In this document: positions 25,081 to 39,952 of the stretch, in pieces
Layout: each line of letters starts with the position of its first letter
Numbering within the stretch: position 1 is the first letter of the stretch
Assembly: GCF_006345805.1 (NCBI RefSeq)
Contig: NC_043006.1
Location: forward strand, 49,476,001 to 49,540,000
DNA: 64,000 nt
Direction: 5' to 3'
DNA from: Octopus sinensis
Lineage: Eukaryota
The notes under the pieces: model-generated
What the model saw: only the letters and a program-made list of their open reading frames with translations
The model's database searches: none
Told to the model about the DNA's origin: nothing
Translations under genes and position numbers: made by a program

Positions 25081-26046
25081 GTCTAAGTTTGACAGCCGTT
25101 AACATACAATTTGAGAGAGTGGAAAAAAGTTTATTAAGGAACAGGAATGATTCGAAAGATAATTTGTTATTTAGAATCTCGCTACAAGGGGAAAAAAGCC
25201 AGGGAATCTGTAAATTTGCTAAATTTACTAGGCGAAATGAGTACATCATTTTAATATTTTAGAAAGCTAAGTACTTCACAAATTCTTAAACATATATTGT
25301 TATAAAATCTGAACATCGTTACATTGGAATATGATATAATAAAAAGAAATCGTAAAATATGATAAACCTATGCCGTACTTTTCATAGTTTACGATAAATT
25401 CTTTATTATAAAGCTAAATAGAATAAGTTTATTCTTTTAAAGATAGCAATAAAAAAAAAAAACAATCATATCTGAAGATAATATTCTAAAAACGTTGTAG
25501 CTTAGCGTTTTTTTCTAAAAAGCTTTGCATTATAAAGTGGGCAACTAAGAATTGAAACTGAAGTTAATGGGAACAAAAAATATATGTAACTTTTCTGATA
25601 AAACTTCATATGAATAAACACAATGATATAAACATATGTAAAATTTATGTAAGTGAAAAAAAAAAAGAAAAATTGCTAAATTCTTATGATTTGGTTGAAT
25701 AAAAAGAAGATCGCAGCTAAATTGAAAATCAGTTATAGAAAAATCGGTGCATTCCTTTTCAAGTAGCTATTTTTAACTAAATGCGTTCGCGTGCACGCTG
25801 ATGTTTATACACAAAGAAATTTCCATGCATACTACTCTACAGAAGTATTGAATTCTCTATTTCGTCGCTATTATGACATTGATAACACTATGGTTGGCTG
25901 TGTGGTAAGAAGTTTCCTTCCCAACTTTATGGTTTCAAGTTCAGCCTCACTGAGCGGATCGTTGAGCAAGTGTTTTCTACTATAGCACCGGACCGACGAA
26001 AGCTTTGTGAGTGGTTTCGGTTGACGGAAACTGAAAGAAGACCTCC

Positions 26047-26080
<34 letters not shown>

Positions 26081-26084
<4 letters not shown>

Positions 26085-26156
26085 TCGGCAATCTTTTGTA
26101 AATAAATAAATTTAATTAATTTATTTACTTCTGGCGTTGCCTCGTCAGCAGAAAAG
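26081..26156 (-). ncRNA. Truncated hammerhead of the 21.7-kb family
   Basis: Minus strand CTGACGA-GGCAA...TTGCC-GATAC then (TA)n. Helix II is perfect, GAAA is changed to GATA, and helix III with the cleavage site is lost at the microsatellite. Confidence 0.45.
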
Positions 26157-26708
26157 CCAAGGACTAATATATATCCACGAGGCGATGATAAACATGCCTC
26201 GAGTCTATATGCTATAAATTTTCAAAATCCACCACGCTCGCGCGGTTTACTCAGCAGTAAATATAAACTGCCGATTTAATTTCAAAATTAGCCAAAAAAT
26301 CATTAATTAATAAATTTTAGGGTAGCAAAAAATTTTAGAAAAAATTCTCCGCTACCAGCACACACACGCACACACACATATATATATAGAGAGAGAGGAG
26401 AATTCACAAAAAATAGAATATGAAGACACGTAGTATAATCCTTGTACTTATTCTATCGGTCACTGGTAGTGGAGAATTTTTCTAGAATTTTTTGCTACCC
26501 TAAGCGAGCAGGCCAATAGAAGAAAGAGTGAGAGAAAGAGTGGTAAAAGAGTACAGCAGGGATCACCACCCCCTGCCGGAGCCTCGTGGAGCTGTTAGCT
26601 GTTTTTCGCTCAATAAACACACGCAACGCCCGGTCTGGGAATCGAAACCGCGATCCTACGACCGCGAGTCCGCTACCCTAACCACTGGGTCATTGCGCCT
26701 CTTCTCTC

Positions 26709-26788
<80 letters not shown>

Positions 26789-27280
26789 CATCACAATCAA
26801 GGAACGGCCATAATAGGCCATTCACCCACTAGAAATAACAGCCAAAAGCTTTAACCGCAAAATAACATCAATTCCGTAAACCAGGAGAAAATTAAAAAAC
26901 ATTTACCCTGTAATTTCTTATACGATGCACCGTTTCGTCTACTGTTTAATGGTAAACTAACCTGATTAAATTAAATCAAGCCAATCTACCATAGGCCCTT
27001 AGATTCACAGGTTAGTTTACCATTAAACAGTAGACGAAACGGTGCATCGTATAAGAAATTACAGGGTAAATGTTTTTTAATTTTCTCCTGGTTTTTACGG
27101 AATTGATGTTATTTTGCGGTTAAAGCTTTTGGCTGTTATTTCTAGTGGGTGAATGGCCTATTATGGTCGTTCCTTGATTGTGATGTTGAACTTAAAAATG
27201 GTCTATGACTATTTAATTTTTTTCCCACTAGGCCGCTGGTGGCAAAAAATTCTACAAATTTTTTTGCCACCCTATATTGA
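26789..27280. repeat. Fold-back of a relative of the 21.7-kb family
   Basis: Arms 26789-26964 and 27008-27185 with a 43-nt spacer; the right arm continues to the family end. GAAACGGTGCATCGTA half-ribozyme at 27036-27051. Confidence 0.8.
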
Positions 27281-27337
27281 TTAATTATATATATATATAT
27301 AAAAATATTATATATATATATATACATATATATATAC

Positions 27338-27430
<93 letters not shown>

Positions 27431-27471
27431 CATTATATATATATACATATATATATATACATATAATATAC

Positions 27472-27538
<67 letters not shown>

Positions 27539-27551
27539 TTATATACATGTA

Positions 27552-27580
<29 letters not shown>

Positions 27581-27582
<2 letters not shown>

Positions 27583-30500
27583 TGATTGATTGATTGATTG
27601 ATTCTAGTTTCAGCTTATGAGCTGTGGCCATGCTGGGGCACCGCCATTTGGTGTTGCTACTTGGTTTCACTTCACGAAAGCTTTCTAGCAACTGCCATTT
27701 GGTGCATGAGAGAGTTCGATGCAGCTGCCCTCATCTGCCCCTCCTGCCGTGAAGTTGGTTCATCTGGGACACCTGACAGGAAGAGATCCAGCTTCATTTT
27801 AAAGACATCTGCATCCAGCCATGCAGGTCTCTCAGGTTCTTCGGGAGGATATTGAAGAGCTGTGGGCCTCGGAAGCCCAGGCTATCACAGAATCTTGTCC
27901 TACATCTTGATGGCAAGTTTGGAGTCCTAGGCACCACGCAGTGGCGCCCAGTTCTGGCATTTGTGTAACTCTCGATGCCAAGTTTCAGGACACGTCCCTC
28001 CAGGATATTCCAGATGTATATTATGGCATATATCTTTCCTTCCCGCCTACGCTCCAGGGAATATAGTTTTAATCTCTTGAGTCTTTCCCAGTAGCTTACA
28101 TTCTGCATAGAGGCTATCTTCTTCGTGTAGCTACGTTGGATCGCCTCGAGCTCTGTGATCAACTTGACACTGGATGGTGACCATAACTGAGAGCAGTAGT
28201 CAAAGTGGCTTAGGACAAGTGTCCTCCAGAGGACCATCATGGTTTCTTGTTCTCTTGTTCTAAAGGTTCTGAGGATCCATCCGGCCAGTCGTCTACATTT
28301 CATTGCCAATTTAGCAACATGTACAAAGGTCGCGTCATCACTCATGTAAATAACTAGGTCACGCACTGATTGTGCCTCTGGGATTGCTATTCCTCCGGGT
28401 CCAGTGTATTCATTGGGTATTGCATTTAGTTTTGCATGCTGATAGTATAGAGCTTGAAACTTTTCAGCATTGAACTGCATGCTATTCTTTTCGGCCCACT
28501 TGTATATTTGTCTAGCTCACATTGCAGGTGTTTAGTGTCCTCAGGGTTCTGTATTGCCTGTGAAACTTTTGTATCATCTGCTAACATAACTTGTGATCGT
28601 GGCTCTCTGCGTGGCTGAGGGCATGTTTGAGAGGGCCATTATGAACAGTAGTGGTCCCAGAACAGTGCCTGCGGAACACCGCTCACTATTTGCGTGACTT
28701 CTATCTTTCAGAAAGTCATGAAGCCATTCTCCCATTTTTCCAACTATGTTGAGATCACGCAGTTTGTGACATATCATTCCATGATCGACTTTATCAAAGG
28801 CCTTTGCAAAGTCGAGATATATCACTTCCACATTTGAGTGGTTGAGCAGCCGTTTCAGCACCCAGTCATAGTGGTTGTAGGAGCTGAGTTAAACAGCTTC
28901 TCCCTGGTCGGAAACCATGTTGGGTGTCGAGCAGCAAGTCATTCTCTTCAAGGAAGGTGATCAGCTTCCTTCTGACTATTCGTTCCATGACCTTGCTGAT
29001 GTGTGAGGTCAGAGAGATAGTCTATAGTTCTTGGCTTCCGCTCTGCTACCTCCTTTATGAATGGGGCATATTTTACCTTCCTTCAGTTTTCTTGGAAGTT
29101 TGCCAGCTGCAAGGAAGCTCTGAAAGAGGAACTGCAGTGGTCTTGCTAGGACTCTCTTACATGCTTTTAGGAGGATTGCCGGGAATCCATCGGGGCAGTA
29201 GCTGAGTCTGTTTTCATTTCATCTATAGCCTTGGTTACATCGTCTTCCTTTATATCGATGTAATCTATCGTCGCCGCCTCTGATTTTATATCTGCAGTGG
29301 TAAAAAAGTCAGTGGATTGGTGATTTGGAGATGCCCAAGGGGTGGAGTGAAAACACTCTTGAATTGCTCATTCAGTATTTCACTTACCCTCATTGGTTTT
29401 CCTGTAAGTGTGCCATCCTTTTCGAGGAGTGGCCCTATTCTACAGTGCACCGTAGCTGTTTCTTTTTGCATACCTGTAGAAAGCTCTGGGGTTAGATTTT
29501 ATGTTTTCTATAGCCCAGGCTTCTTTGTCTGCTCTTTCTTTTTCATGGGAGAGTTGCAGACATTTTTCGATTTCCAACAGTTTTATTTTTAGGCGGGACT
29601 TTTCACTGCTGCTTTCAATCTGTTTGTTTAGGCGATTTGAAAATTTTGTACGCCGTCCATTAAAATTTTCCTCTCTCTGGGGATTTTGTTCTTGTGTACA
29701 GTGGCCTTTCTCTCTGGGACACATTTAGCATATGGCTTGCATTACAGACATGAATTGTTGAAGTTTCACGTCGATGTCTGGCGAGGAGAAACATTTAGGC
29801 CAGTTTTGTTTGAGGATCTCTTTCTCAATTGTTTCCAGTTTGCCTTATGGTAGTTCAAGCTGGAAAGATTCTGAGGGTTTCTTGTAGGCTGCATGTCCAT
29901 GCTCTCTTTTGGCCCGTACATGGTCAGCTCTATCATGTTGTGATCCGAGTGTAGTGTCGGTGTCACTTTCACATTATGGATGAGATCCATGTCATTTGTG
30001 AAGCAGAGATCCAGTGTGTTACCTGCCCCCTGGTTGGTTGGAGTATTACCTGCTCCATGTACAGGGTGTTGATGAGGTTCAGGAGGGACCTCGCCTGTCC
30101 TCGTTCACATCTTGTCATTCCTGGGAGAGAAAGGCCCTCGGGCCATCTGACATTGGGCAGATTGAAGTCTCCCATAAGAAGTACACTTATGTGTTGTTCT
30201 AATGTGGTTAGAATTTCTTCTATTTTTATAAGGCAGTCTTCAAACTTGCCCACATGGCTTGGGGCATCTGGAGGGCGATATGTAGCACACACAACTACAT
30301 CAAGTTGCCTAATATGTACAATTAGTGTGTCACACACCGAGTTTGAGTATGACAAGAGGACCTGGGGAGTAAGGTCCTCACGGATGTACATAGCAACACC
30401 TCCATGACTCCTTTCTTTCCTGTCGGTCCGTAGTACAGCATACTGTGGTATGTGTAACTCCGCATCTGCTATGTCCGGTTTCAGGTGCGTTTCCGTAAGT

Positions 30501-31221
30501 GCTATGCATAAGGCTTGATTGCATGCAACAAAGTCTCTCAGGAACGGGATCTTTGTCCTGTTACTGAGTGTTTGCAGTCCTCTGATGTTCAGTAGGAGCA
30601 TCCAGGTGAGGTGTACGTTGTTGCCGGCGCTGTCCATCCTGGGTCTGTTTGCTGTGGTGGTCTGGTATATAGTGGGTAGTCCCACCTGCGGGCTTGGGTT
30701 TGATGAAGCCAGGTCAGCTGCTGTACAATCTTTTGTGCCATGCACAAAAAAGATTGTTGCTCAGCAGCTGCCCTTTCGACAACATCATGTTGGCGGTTTG
30801 TGGCACGCACAACATCTGCGTACCTCCGCTTTGGGGCAAGTGGTGCGTGGTCCATCCCTTTTCCTTGTGTTGATGGTTTGTCCATCTGCCTCGTGTCTCT
30901 GTGGCAGGGTCCCCGATGTGCAAAGCGGCAGCCTGCACCTTCCTTTCCATGCCAGCAGGAACCTCTCAGGTAGAACCTACACACCCATGTGCGCTGTTTG
31001 TTTCCATCTTTTGCGGTTCCACTTCTATTCCTGGTTTTTTCACCCTTTGGTCCTGCTTGAGCTTTTCCTTTAGCTCTTCCAGTCCTTCGTTTAGTTCTTC
31101 TTCCTCCCTCTACCTCTTCACCGGGTTCTCCGTCTCCATGGCCCTTGCTACCGGTTGGAGAACTTGCACCTGGGTTCACTTCCCGGGCAGGTTTCTCATT
31201 CAAAACCTCCTCCCGGGCGTC
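27581..31221 (-). mobile_element. CR1-group LINE, 5'-truncated and frameshifted, inserted in (TA)n
   Basis: CCCH finger CRFYLRGSCWHGKEGAGCRFAH; APE motifs NIRGL, LTETHL, GGVAMY, YRPP, MGDFN; RT YLDFAKAFDKVDH; C-terminal SQLWSP..LEAIQR..SYWERLKRLKLYSL; (AATC)n tail. Confidence 0.93.
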
Positions 31222-31234
31222 ATATATATATATA

Positions 31235-31281
<47 letters not shown>

Positions 31282-31292
31282 CATATATATAC

Positions 31293-31339
<47 letters not shown>

Positions 31340-31378
31340 CACATATTAATATATTATACAATATAATATAACATATAT

Positions 31379-31421
<43 letters not shown>

Positions 31422-31714
31422 TATATATATATCAATATATAATATATTATAATATATACATCTATATATATATATATATACATATATAATATATATATAC
31501 ATATATATTATATTATATATATATATATACCTATATACATATATATATACATATATATATACATATATATATATACATATATATATACATATATATATAC
31601 ATATATATATATATCTAATATCTATATACATATATATATATATCTATACATATATATATACATATATATACATATATATAATATATACATATATATATAC
31701 GTATATATACATAC

Positions 31715-31760
<46 letters not shown>

Positions 31761-31885
31761 CTACATTATATGTGTGTATATACTTACGTATATACACATA
31801 TATATACATATATAAGTATGCATACACATACACACACACACATATATATGTGTGTGTATGTATATATGTATATATATATATATAT
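31222..31885. repeat. Long (TA)n/(TATATAC)-type microsatellite, representative of dozens in the window
   Basis: Direct reading. Others include ~27275-27580, 37520-37830, 62300-62630 and 63009-63240 (TA); 39405-39535 and 44113-44250 (TCTA); 46718-46965 (ATAC); 7940-8123 (CAT/CTT); 48440-48960 (AAC-like). Confidence 0.95.
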
Positions 31886-32619
31886 GTGTGTGCACGCGTG
31901 TGTTCTGTAGCGTTAAGGGCTTGTTAGACTTTACTTAAAGCTGGCTTTCTCGATTACAGATATTACTATATAAATATATTTTATAAAATGCAATTATTCT
32001 AAACATCTAAAGATATAAATTGCATTGCAGTGCTATAATCGCAATGTAAATATGTATGTGATGCAATTTGTGATTGAAAATTATTGAAAATGTAAGGAAG
32101 AATACAAAAATAGTCAAGTTGTGAAAACAAGAGGTGTCCATATATAAAAAAAGTGCAACATAATTAAACAAAAATTTATAGACGTAGAAGGTCCGCATGA
32201 GCGCGCGATGAGTATATGACGAAGAGCAAAAGTAAAATAGAAAACAGTAACAAAAACAATGGGTAGGTTCACAGTCGATGTTTTTACCTTGACACTCATG
32301 GGGGAACGAAAGAGTTAATAGTTATATGATTTAGGATAATTTTCTTCTTCGGTGAGTGTACAAATGGGAGGAAAATTTCATATCATTTTTCAGCTTTCGA
32401 ATGATTCAAGCCCTAAGCAAGCAGGCTAGTATTCCTCGCTGATCGGAAGGCTAACCTGTCGTAGGGTTACCAATTTCCAGCTAAATGGACGTGAGCAACA
32501 TGAAATGAAGTGCTTTGCTCAAGTACAAAACGTACTGCTCGTTCTGGGAATCGAACCCACAGCCTAGCAATCGTGAGTGCAACACCCGCATCTTCACACA
32601 CACATACATGCGCACCTGC

Positions 32620-32650
<31 letters not shown>

Positions 32651-32728
32651 TATAAATATATATGTATATACACAGTAGTACCTCGCTTTTCGAACACTCA
32701 CATCGCGAATAAATCGTGCTTTATATTA

Positions 32729-32759
<31 letters not shown>

Positions 32760-32761
32760 TA

Positions 32762-33426
<665 letters not shown>

Positions 33427-35499
33427 TATAGATATATACAAAGCACGATTTATTCGTGGTCAGAGGTGTTCGTAAACCGGGGTGAACGGAATTGTTATTT
33501 GTAAGTTAAAAATTGTTATTTATCGTTGAAAAATTTTTGTTAGTGTTCATTTGAACTCTTTTGGTGGACTGTTTTTTGCTACCTTGAAGAAACCTGTTGC
33601 CAATGATGTTATACGGGGATTACAGCTCTTCAGGGCTGTCTTCCTCGGAAGAGGAACTCGTAAAATCAATAGAGAAAATTGATAAAAAATGGACAATAAG
33701 AAAAGTTATTCAAGGGTTACGGAAGTAGAAAACAAGGTGAATTTAGACATATTCCTATTAGTCAATACACACATTATATTATTAGTATTTTTAATTGATC
33801 AAAAGTAGCGAATTGACAGAATCCTTAAAACGGCGGATAGAATGTTTTACTTTATTTGTTCCTAATATGCGCTTCTTAAAATCTCGCTGAAGATGACATT
33901 GTCTTTCATTCTTCCAGGTTCGATAAACCAATACTAATCCCAGGCAATGGATTAGTAGAACTCTAAGAACGTTAGGCAGGAAGCCTTACGGTATTCGTTT
34001 CGACTTTTTGCGTAGTTCAAAACCCATCAGAGGTGATAGAGTTAACATAGAGCCTTTAGCAGAGTCAACTTTATAGCATGCTTTCGGGCCAGGTCTCTAG
34101 TTTGAGAATAATCTCAGCCCTGTTTCAACAGTCTCAAAGTTGTAAACGAATTCAGAAATACTGCCTTCCATCCTGCTTAAAGGATAAAAAAAGACTATTT
34201 AATTTACATGACTATTTTAATGAGTAAATTATATGAATACATACAAATAGCAAACCCTTAAACAATGCAGGTGAGGAGTTAGGCAATATATGTAAGGGGG
34301 TACTAATAAATAAAATCAAAGAGAAGATATTGCATTACCTTACAAAAGATATTTAATGTTTCTGTTTGATTTCGGGAAAGATTCCCCTTATCAAATATAA
34401 GATAGTAATTCCAAATGTTCGATAGGCCATTCTGGTGTTCTGTGAGTTGATAATACAAGTTTTTTTTCCGAACTTTTGGATTATTTCCTTTCTTAAAAGA
34501 TAAGACGCATTTTTCTCATTTCCCATACCTTGTTTCAACCTATTTTTTAATTTGCGCATTCTTTGCTGTAATAGATTTTACGTAAAACCATAAATTAAAT
34601 TGAATATATTACGGGCTCTATTAGTTTTTACAATTCAAGTATTTTCAATTTCTTCTTCCCATTTCCAATGATTTTTAGTTACAAAAGTAATCATATATTT
34701 ACATAAAGATTACGATATTAACAATACAGCTCATATTTTTAGATGGTTATATTTACTTCTCGTGACGTTTTTAATAAAACACTTTTTGTAGATAAATTCT
34801 ATGACAATTCTCAGTTTTCTTCCTACGCTCAATATAGATATTTATATGTATAGATATTTGTACATGTGCATCTATATCTGTAAACACACCCGATCGCGGC
34901 AACACAAATATTCACATACATGCACACATACATACTGCACACGCATATTAACACACACATATATGGTATTATCTCAACTAAATTTGGTTCAAAAGTAGTG
35001 GACAACTTTCACATTTAGTGCTTAGTACATGTTACAAGTCTATGGTTTTAGCTTCTTTAAAATTTCGCATAACGGCCATTTGAACTGACACCGTCATACT
35101 AAGTGCAATTTGCACCTGATAAAAACACTTCAGCTGAACTAATTGTTGCGTTGTGCTGGATTCACACAAACACACACACACACTCACACATGCGAGGATG
35201 TATCTCGTCCCTATGATGGAATTTAGGTAGGTTTGCTCTTGAATAGAAAGTCAGTGCCTGTGATCTCAGCCATCCAAGGACTTTCCAATGATCTTCGGCG
35301 TTCCCAACAAGCAAGCCTGTTGCAGGTACTCTATGCGCTTCTGCAAGCCACTCTTTCAAACTTTTCCATACGGTGCCTCCCCCACACACAAACACACACG
35401 CGCACATATATTTGTATATTTGTATATTTTTTATATAATCGAGCAGTCACTCACCCCCGCCACACACACTCACTCACTCACTCACACAGATACATACAC

Positions 35500-36965
35500 A
35501 CGAAAGTAGGCTGAAACGATCATAGATTGACTATGAAGAAGTCGATGCTGGACCTGTGAAATCTTACATGCGTTAATTTCAGCCCTTCTTATTAATACGT
35601 AACTGCATTGTTTCGTTCCACGTAAACTGATCTCTGGCTGTCGAAAGTAAACTTCAAAAGTAACTACCGGCGACGTCTCTTGAAAATGGACAAAATTTGG
35701 CATTGCGGTGTTATCAAGTACCAGCAGGAAAAGGGTTTGGCCCATTAGGACATACATACTGACATGGTTGCCAAATTAGGGGATGACACTCCAGCTCTAT
35801 CAACAGTGCAAACTGGACAGCTGAATTTAGGGGGGAAAGGGAAAGTGTTGAAGATGATCCAAGATGACACGGCTAAACAAAACCAGAGAAGAAAACTAAG
35901 TATTATAAAAAAAAAAAAAAACCCACTTTTTCTACACATTTTATTTCTGTAAAAATGAATGAATTTATATTAAATACGTGAGACGATGATATGATATTGC
36001 AAAATATAATAAACTGATTTTATATTTTGCTATATATTTCCGTTAGTAAAATTGAATGAAGAAAATTAAGTTGAAGAAGAAAATAATAGCCATATATGAA
36101 GATAACATGCTAAATGTTTTAATACAAAATTATACTCTGTAACTGTTACCACCGAAGAAAATATTGATGGTGTTCACCACTTGGTGATGGATGACAAGCG
36201 ATCGACAATAAATCAAATAGCCAGTATTATTAGCATATGCCGCGAAAAAGTTGAGAATATTTTACCCAATGAGCTTGGCCTGACTAAGGTTTCTACTCGG
36301 TGGGCGCCAAGTTCTTTCACACCTCATCAAAAGCGAACCAAGTCTGATATTTTATCAAGCAGATGGAGTTGGTTCCTTTGAACGTTTCCTAACCCAGGAT
36401 GAGTGTTGGGTTCATCATTGTGAGCCAGTGACAAAGAGGCAACCCATGCAGTGGATCACATCTACATAGTCAGTCTATGAACTCTGCAGTCACCTACCCA
36501 GAGAAGGTCAAGGTAATTTCATCCGCAGGGAAGGTGATAGCCTCAGTGTTTTGGGATGTAAAAGGCATTGTTTATTGAATATCTTTAAATGGACTACACC
36601 ATCAATAGAGAGTACTATGCTAGTTTCCTGAGGCAGCTACGAAGGGCATCAAGACAAAACGCACAGGAAAATTGATGAAAGGTCGATTACCCTCCCTATT
36701 TTTCAGGTTTAGCGCCATCTATCATCTGTTTCTTCAACATAAAAAAAAGCAAACAAAAAGCAGTTTGCTGGGAACCAATGTCGCAGAGATGATGACTTTT
36801 TTTGAGCATAAAGCTTTCTGAGGATAAAGTTTCTTCACCAATGAGAACCAAGTGCTGAAACACCGATGGAAGAAGTGTGTGGATCGCAAGCGGGATTATG
36901 TTGAAAAATAAACCTCACTTGGTCACATTTCATGAGAGTATGAGAGTCTATGAACTTTTCAGTCA
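35500..36965 (+). mobile_element. Degenerate mariner with a ~270-bp foreign insert
   Basis: TIR relic CGAAAGTAGGCTGAAA and TATGAACTTTTCAG; transposase relics KVSTRWAP, DECWVHH, GKVIASVFWD, WKKCVDRKRDYVEK. Confidence 0.85.
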
Positions 36966-37303
36966 TATATACATATCGATCGCTTGTCATCCATCACCAA
37001 GTGGTGAACACCATCAATATTTTCTTCGGTGTTAACAGTTACAGAATATAATTTTGTATTAAAACATTTAGCATGTTATCTTCATATATGGCTGGTATTT
37101 TTTTCTTCAACTTAATTTTCTTATTCAATTTTTCTAACAGAAATGTATAGCAAAATATAAAATCAGTTTATTATATTTTGCAATATCATGTCATCGTCTC
37201 GCATATTTAATATAAATTCATTCATTTTTACTGAAATAAAATGTGTAGAAAAAGTTTTTTTTGTATAATACTTAGTTTTCTTCTCTGGTTTTGTTTAGCC
37301 GTG
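35867..37303. repeat. About 330-bp inverted duplication spanning a mariner/non-mariner junction
   Basis: 35867-36207 is the diverged reverse complement of 36977-37303. Confidence 0.85.
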
Positions 37304-37516
37304 TATATTTTCTAAATTTACAAATTAAAAAAAAATGTTTCAGACCACCTTCATATTTTTAATAATAAATTTCCTTTTGAATCAGTATTCTTCATATTTT
37401 TTTCCTCTGGCAGTTAATACATATACGCATACACTCACATTCACACATGTATATGTGTACATATACATGCGTGTGTGTCTGTGTGTGTGAAGAAAAATTT
37501 ACACGCATAAACATAA

Positions 37517-37587
<71 letters not shown>

Positions 37588-37675
37588 CATTGGTAGACAT
37601 ATACATATACAAGTATCATATGTATGTATATAGTAACATATATATATATATATATATCTGTATATATGTACATAC

Positions 37676-37726
<51 letters not shown>

Positions 37727-37734
37727 ATATATAT

Positions 37735-37766
<32 letters not shown>

Positions 37767-38547
37767 CATACATTACATACATACATACATACATACATAC
37801 TACATACATACATACACATATATATGTTGTTTGTATGTATGTATGTACGTATGTAAAAGCAAATACATACCTCTCATTATACCGTTGTATTTATGCGGAC
37901 ACCAACTGGTATTTCAAACTTGTTAATGTATTATTAGTTTTCATTTCAGATAACAGTATAGTGGTTTCAACATTTTGAAAAAGGCCAGCTGTTTGTGGGG
38001 AGGCGCTAAGTCTATTAAATCAACCCCAGTACTCAACTAGTACCTATTTTATCGACCCCCAAAAGAATGAACGGTATAGTCGATCCCGGCGGAATTTGAG
38101 CTCAGAACGTTACGACGGACGAAGTGCCGCTAAGCATTTCATCCAGCGTGCTAACATTCCAGACAACAGTATATTAATTGTTTATAGTAACTAGTCGTGA
38201 TGCGAAAAACCAGAACCAAAATAGTTGTCTGATTTTCATCGAGGACGTAATGTGGGTCAGTCTGAGAGTGAACAAAATTTGGGTTCTCTGTTGTCACTGT
38301 CAAGAGATTGACTGTAGAATTCTCCAACAAAGAAAGGAATCAATAACATCCGCTCATTTGGACCTGGGCCCTCTGACAGATGTGATCGGGCTGTGAAGCC
38401 GATTGTTGAAAATAAGGCAGCTGATGTTACAGAGCAATTCAAAATGAGTGAGCACTTCTGTGAGGTATCTCCTACCAAGTTTGACGCACAAGGTTGTGTC
38501 CGCTCTGGTAAAACTATATAATGAAGGATTTCTGTCTACTTCTGAGG

Positions 38548-38586
<39 letters not shown>

Positions 38587-39305
38587 CTTTTCAGTATCCC
38601 TTCGTAGGTGTAAATACAGCGAGTGGGCTTACAACGCTCTCTCAAGCATATGCGAACTGGTAATAAGCTAATATTTATACACACCGTCGAGCTGGCAGAA
38701 ACGTTAGCACTCCGGGCGAAAAGCTTAGCGGTATTTCGTCTGCCGTTACGTTCTGAGTTCAAATTCCGTCGAGGTCGACTTTGCCTTTCATCCTTACGGG
38801 GTCGATAAATTAAGTACCAGTTACGCATTGGGGTCGATGTTATCGACTTAATCCGTCTGTTTGTCCTTGTTTGTCCCCTCTATATTTAGCCCCTTGTGGG
38901 TAATAAAGAAACATATATTTATACACACCACTGCTTAGTGCTATATCCTCGTATTTCTTTTTACGGCTAGGAAAGTCGCTGAATAATGCAACCAGTCATT
39001 GAATGATAATAGGAACATCATAAGGAGGATCTATATCTCGTGTCGACTCGCAACGTCTACCTTTCCGGTCTCTGCCGTTGAAGAGGAGATAACCACTCCG
39101 AAATGCATGCGTTTCATAGTCTGGCTAGGGAACTCTGTGAACTGACTCGATGTATTCAAACTTGTCTGATTGCAGCGAGAAATTTTTTCTATAATAAAAT
39201 AGAGTGAATAGATTTCTTATCGGTCCAAATAAGCTGCAAGCATATTTGAACAAGTAACAAGTTTGTATTTAAATATTAATATACATCATTGCTTAGCGCT
39301 GTCAC

Positions 39306-39390
<85 letters not shown>

Positions 39391-39403
39391 ACAGGTGTGC
39401 GTG

Positions 39404-39453
<50 letters not shown>

Positions 39454-39462
39454 CCTATCTAC

Positions 39463-39536
<74 letters not shown>

Positions 39537-39554
39537 GTGCACAAATACACATAT

Positions 39555-39952
39555 TCTTTTATTCTTTTACTTGTTTCAGCCATTTTACAGCAGCCATGCT
39601 GGAGCACCGCCTTAAAGGGATTTTTAGTTGAAGAAATCGACTACAGGACTTATTCTATGTAAGCCTAGTACTTAATCTATCGGCGTCTTTTGTCGAACCG
39701 CTAATTTATGGGGACGTAAACATACGAGTATCGGTTGTCAAGTGGTGGGGGGTGGTGGGGGTGGACAAACATAGCCACAAAGATACACACATGCACACAC
39801 ACACACACAAATAAATAAATATATATACGACGGGCTTCTTTTAGTTTCCGTCAACTAAATCCACTCACAAGGCCCTGGTCGGTCCGAGGCTATAGTAGAA
39901 GACACTTTCCCAAGGTGCTGTGCAGTGGGACTGAACCCGGAATCATGTGGCT
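39555..39952 (-). mobile_element. SINE family B
   Basis: Reverse complement of the 18842-19235 architecture. Confidence 0.85.

Noticed and set aside
34335-34480. Minus-strand frame ...SNIWNYYLIFDKGNLSRNQTETLNIFCK followed by GTAATG, superficially like a GPCR ECL1-TM3 exon
   Set aside because: It is out of order relative to the TM2 exon, lacks TM2 motifs and a good acceptor, and is more likely decayed LINE or chance.
38170-38520. Possible Tc1 N-terminal relic
   Set aside because: Too degenerate; no TIR or catalytic motif could be confirmed.
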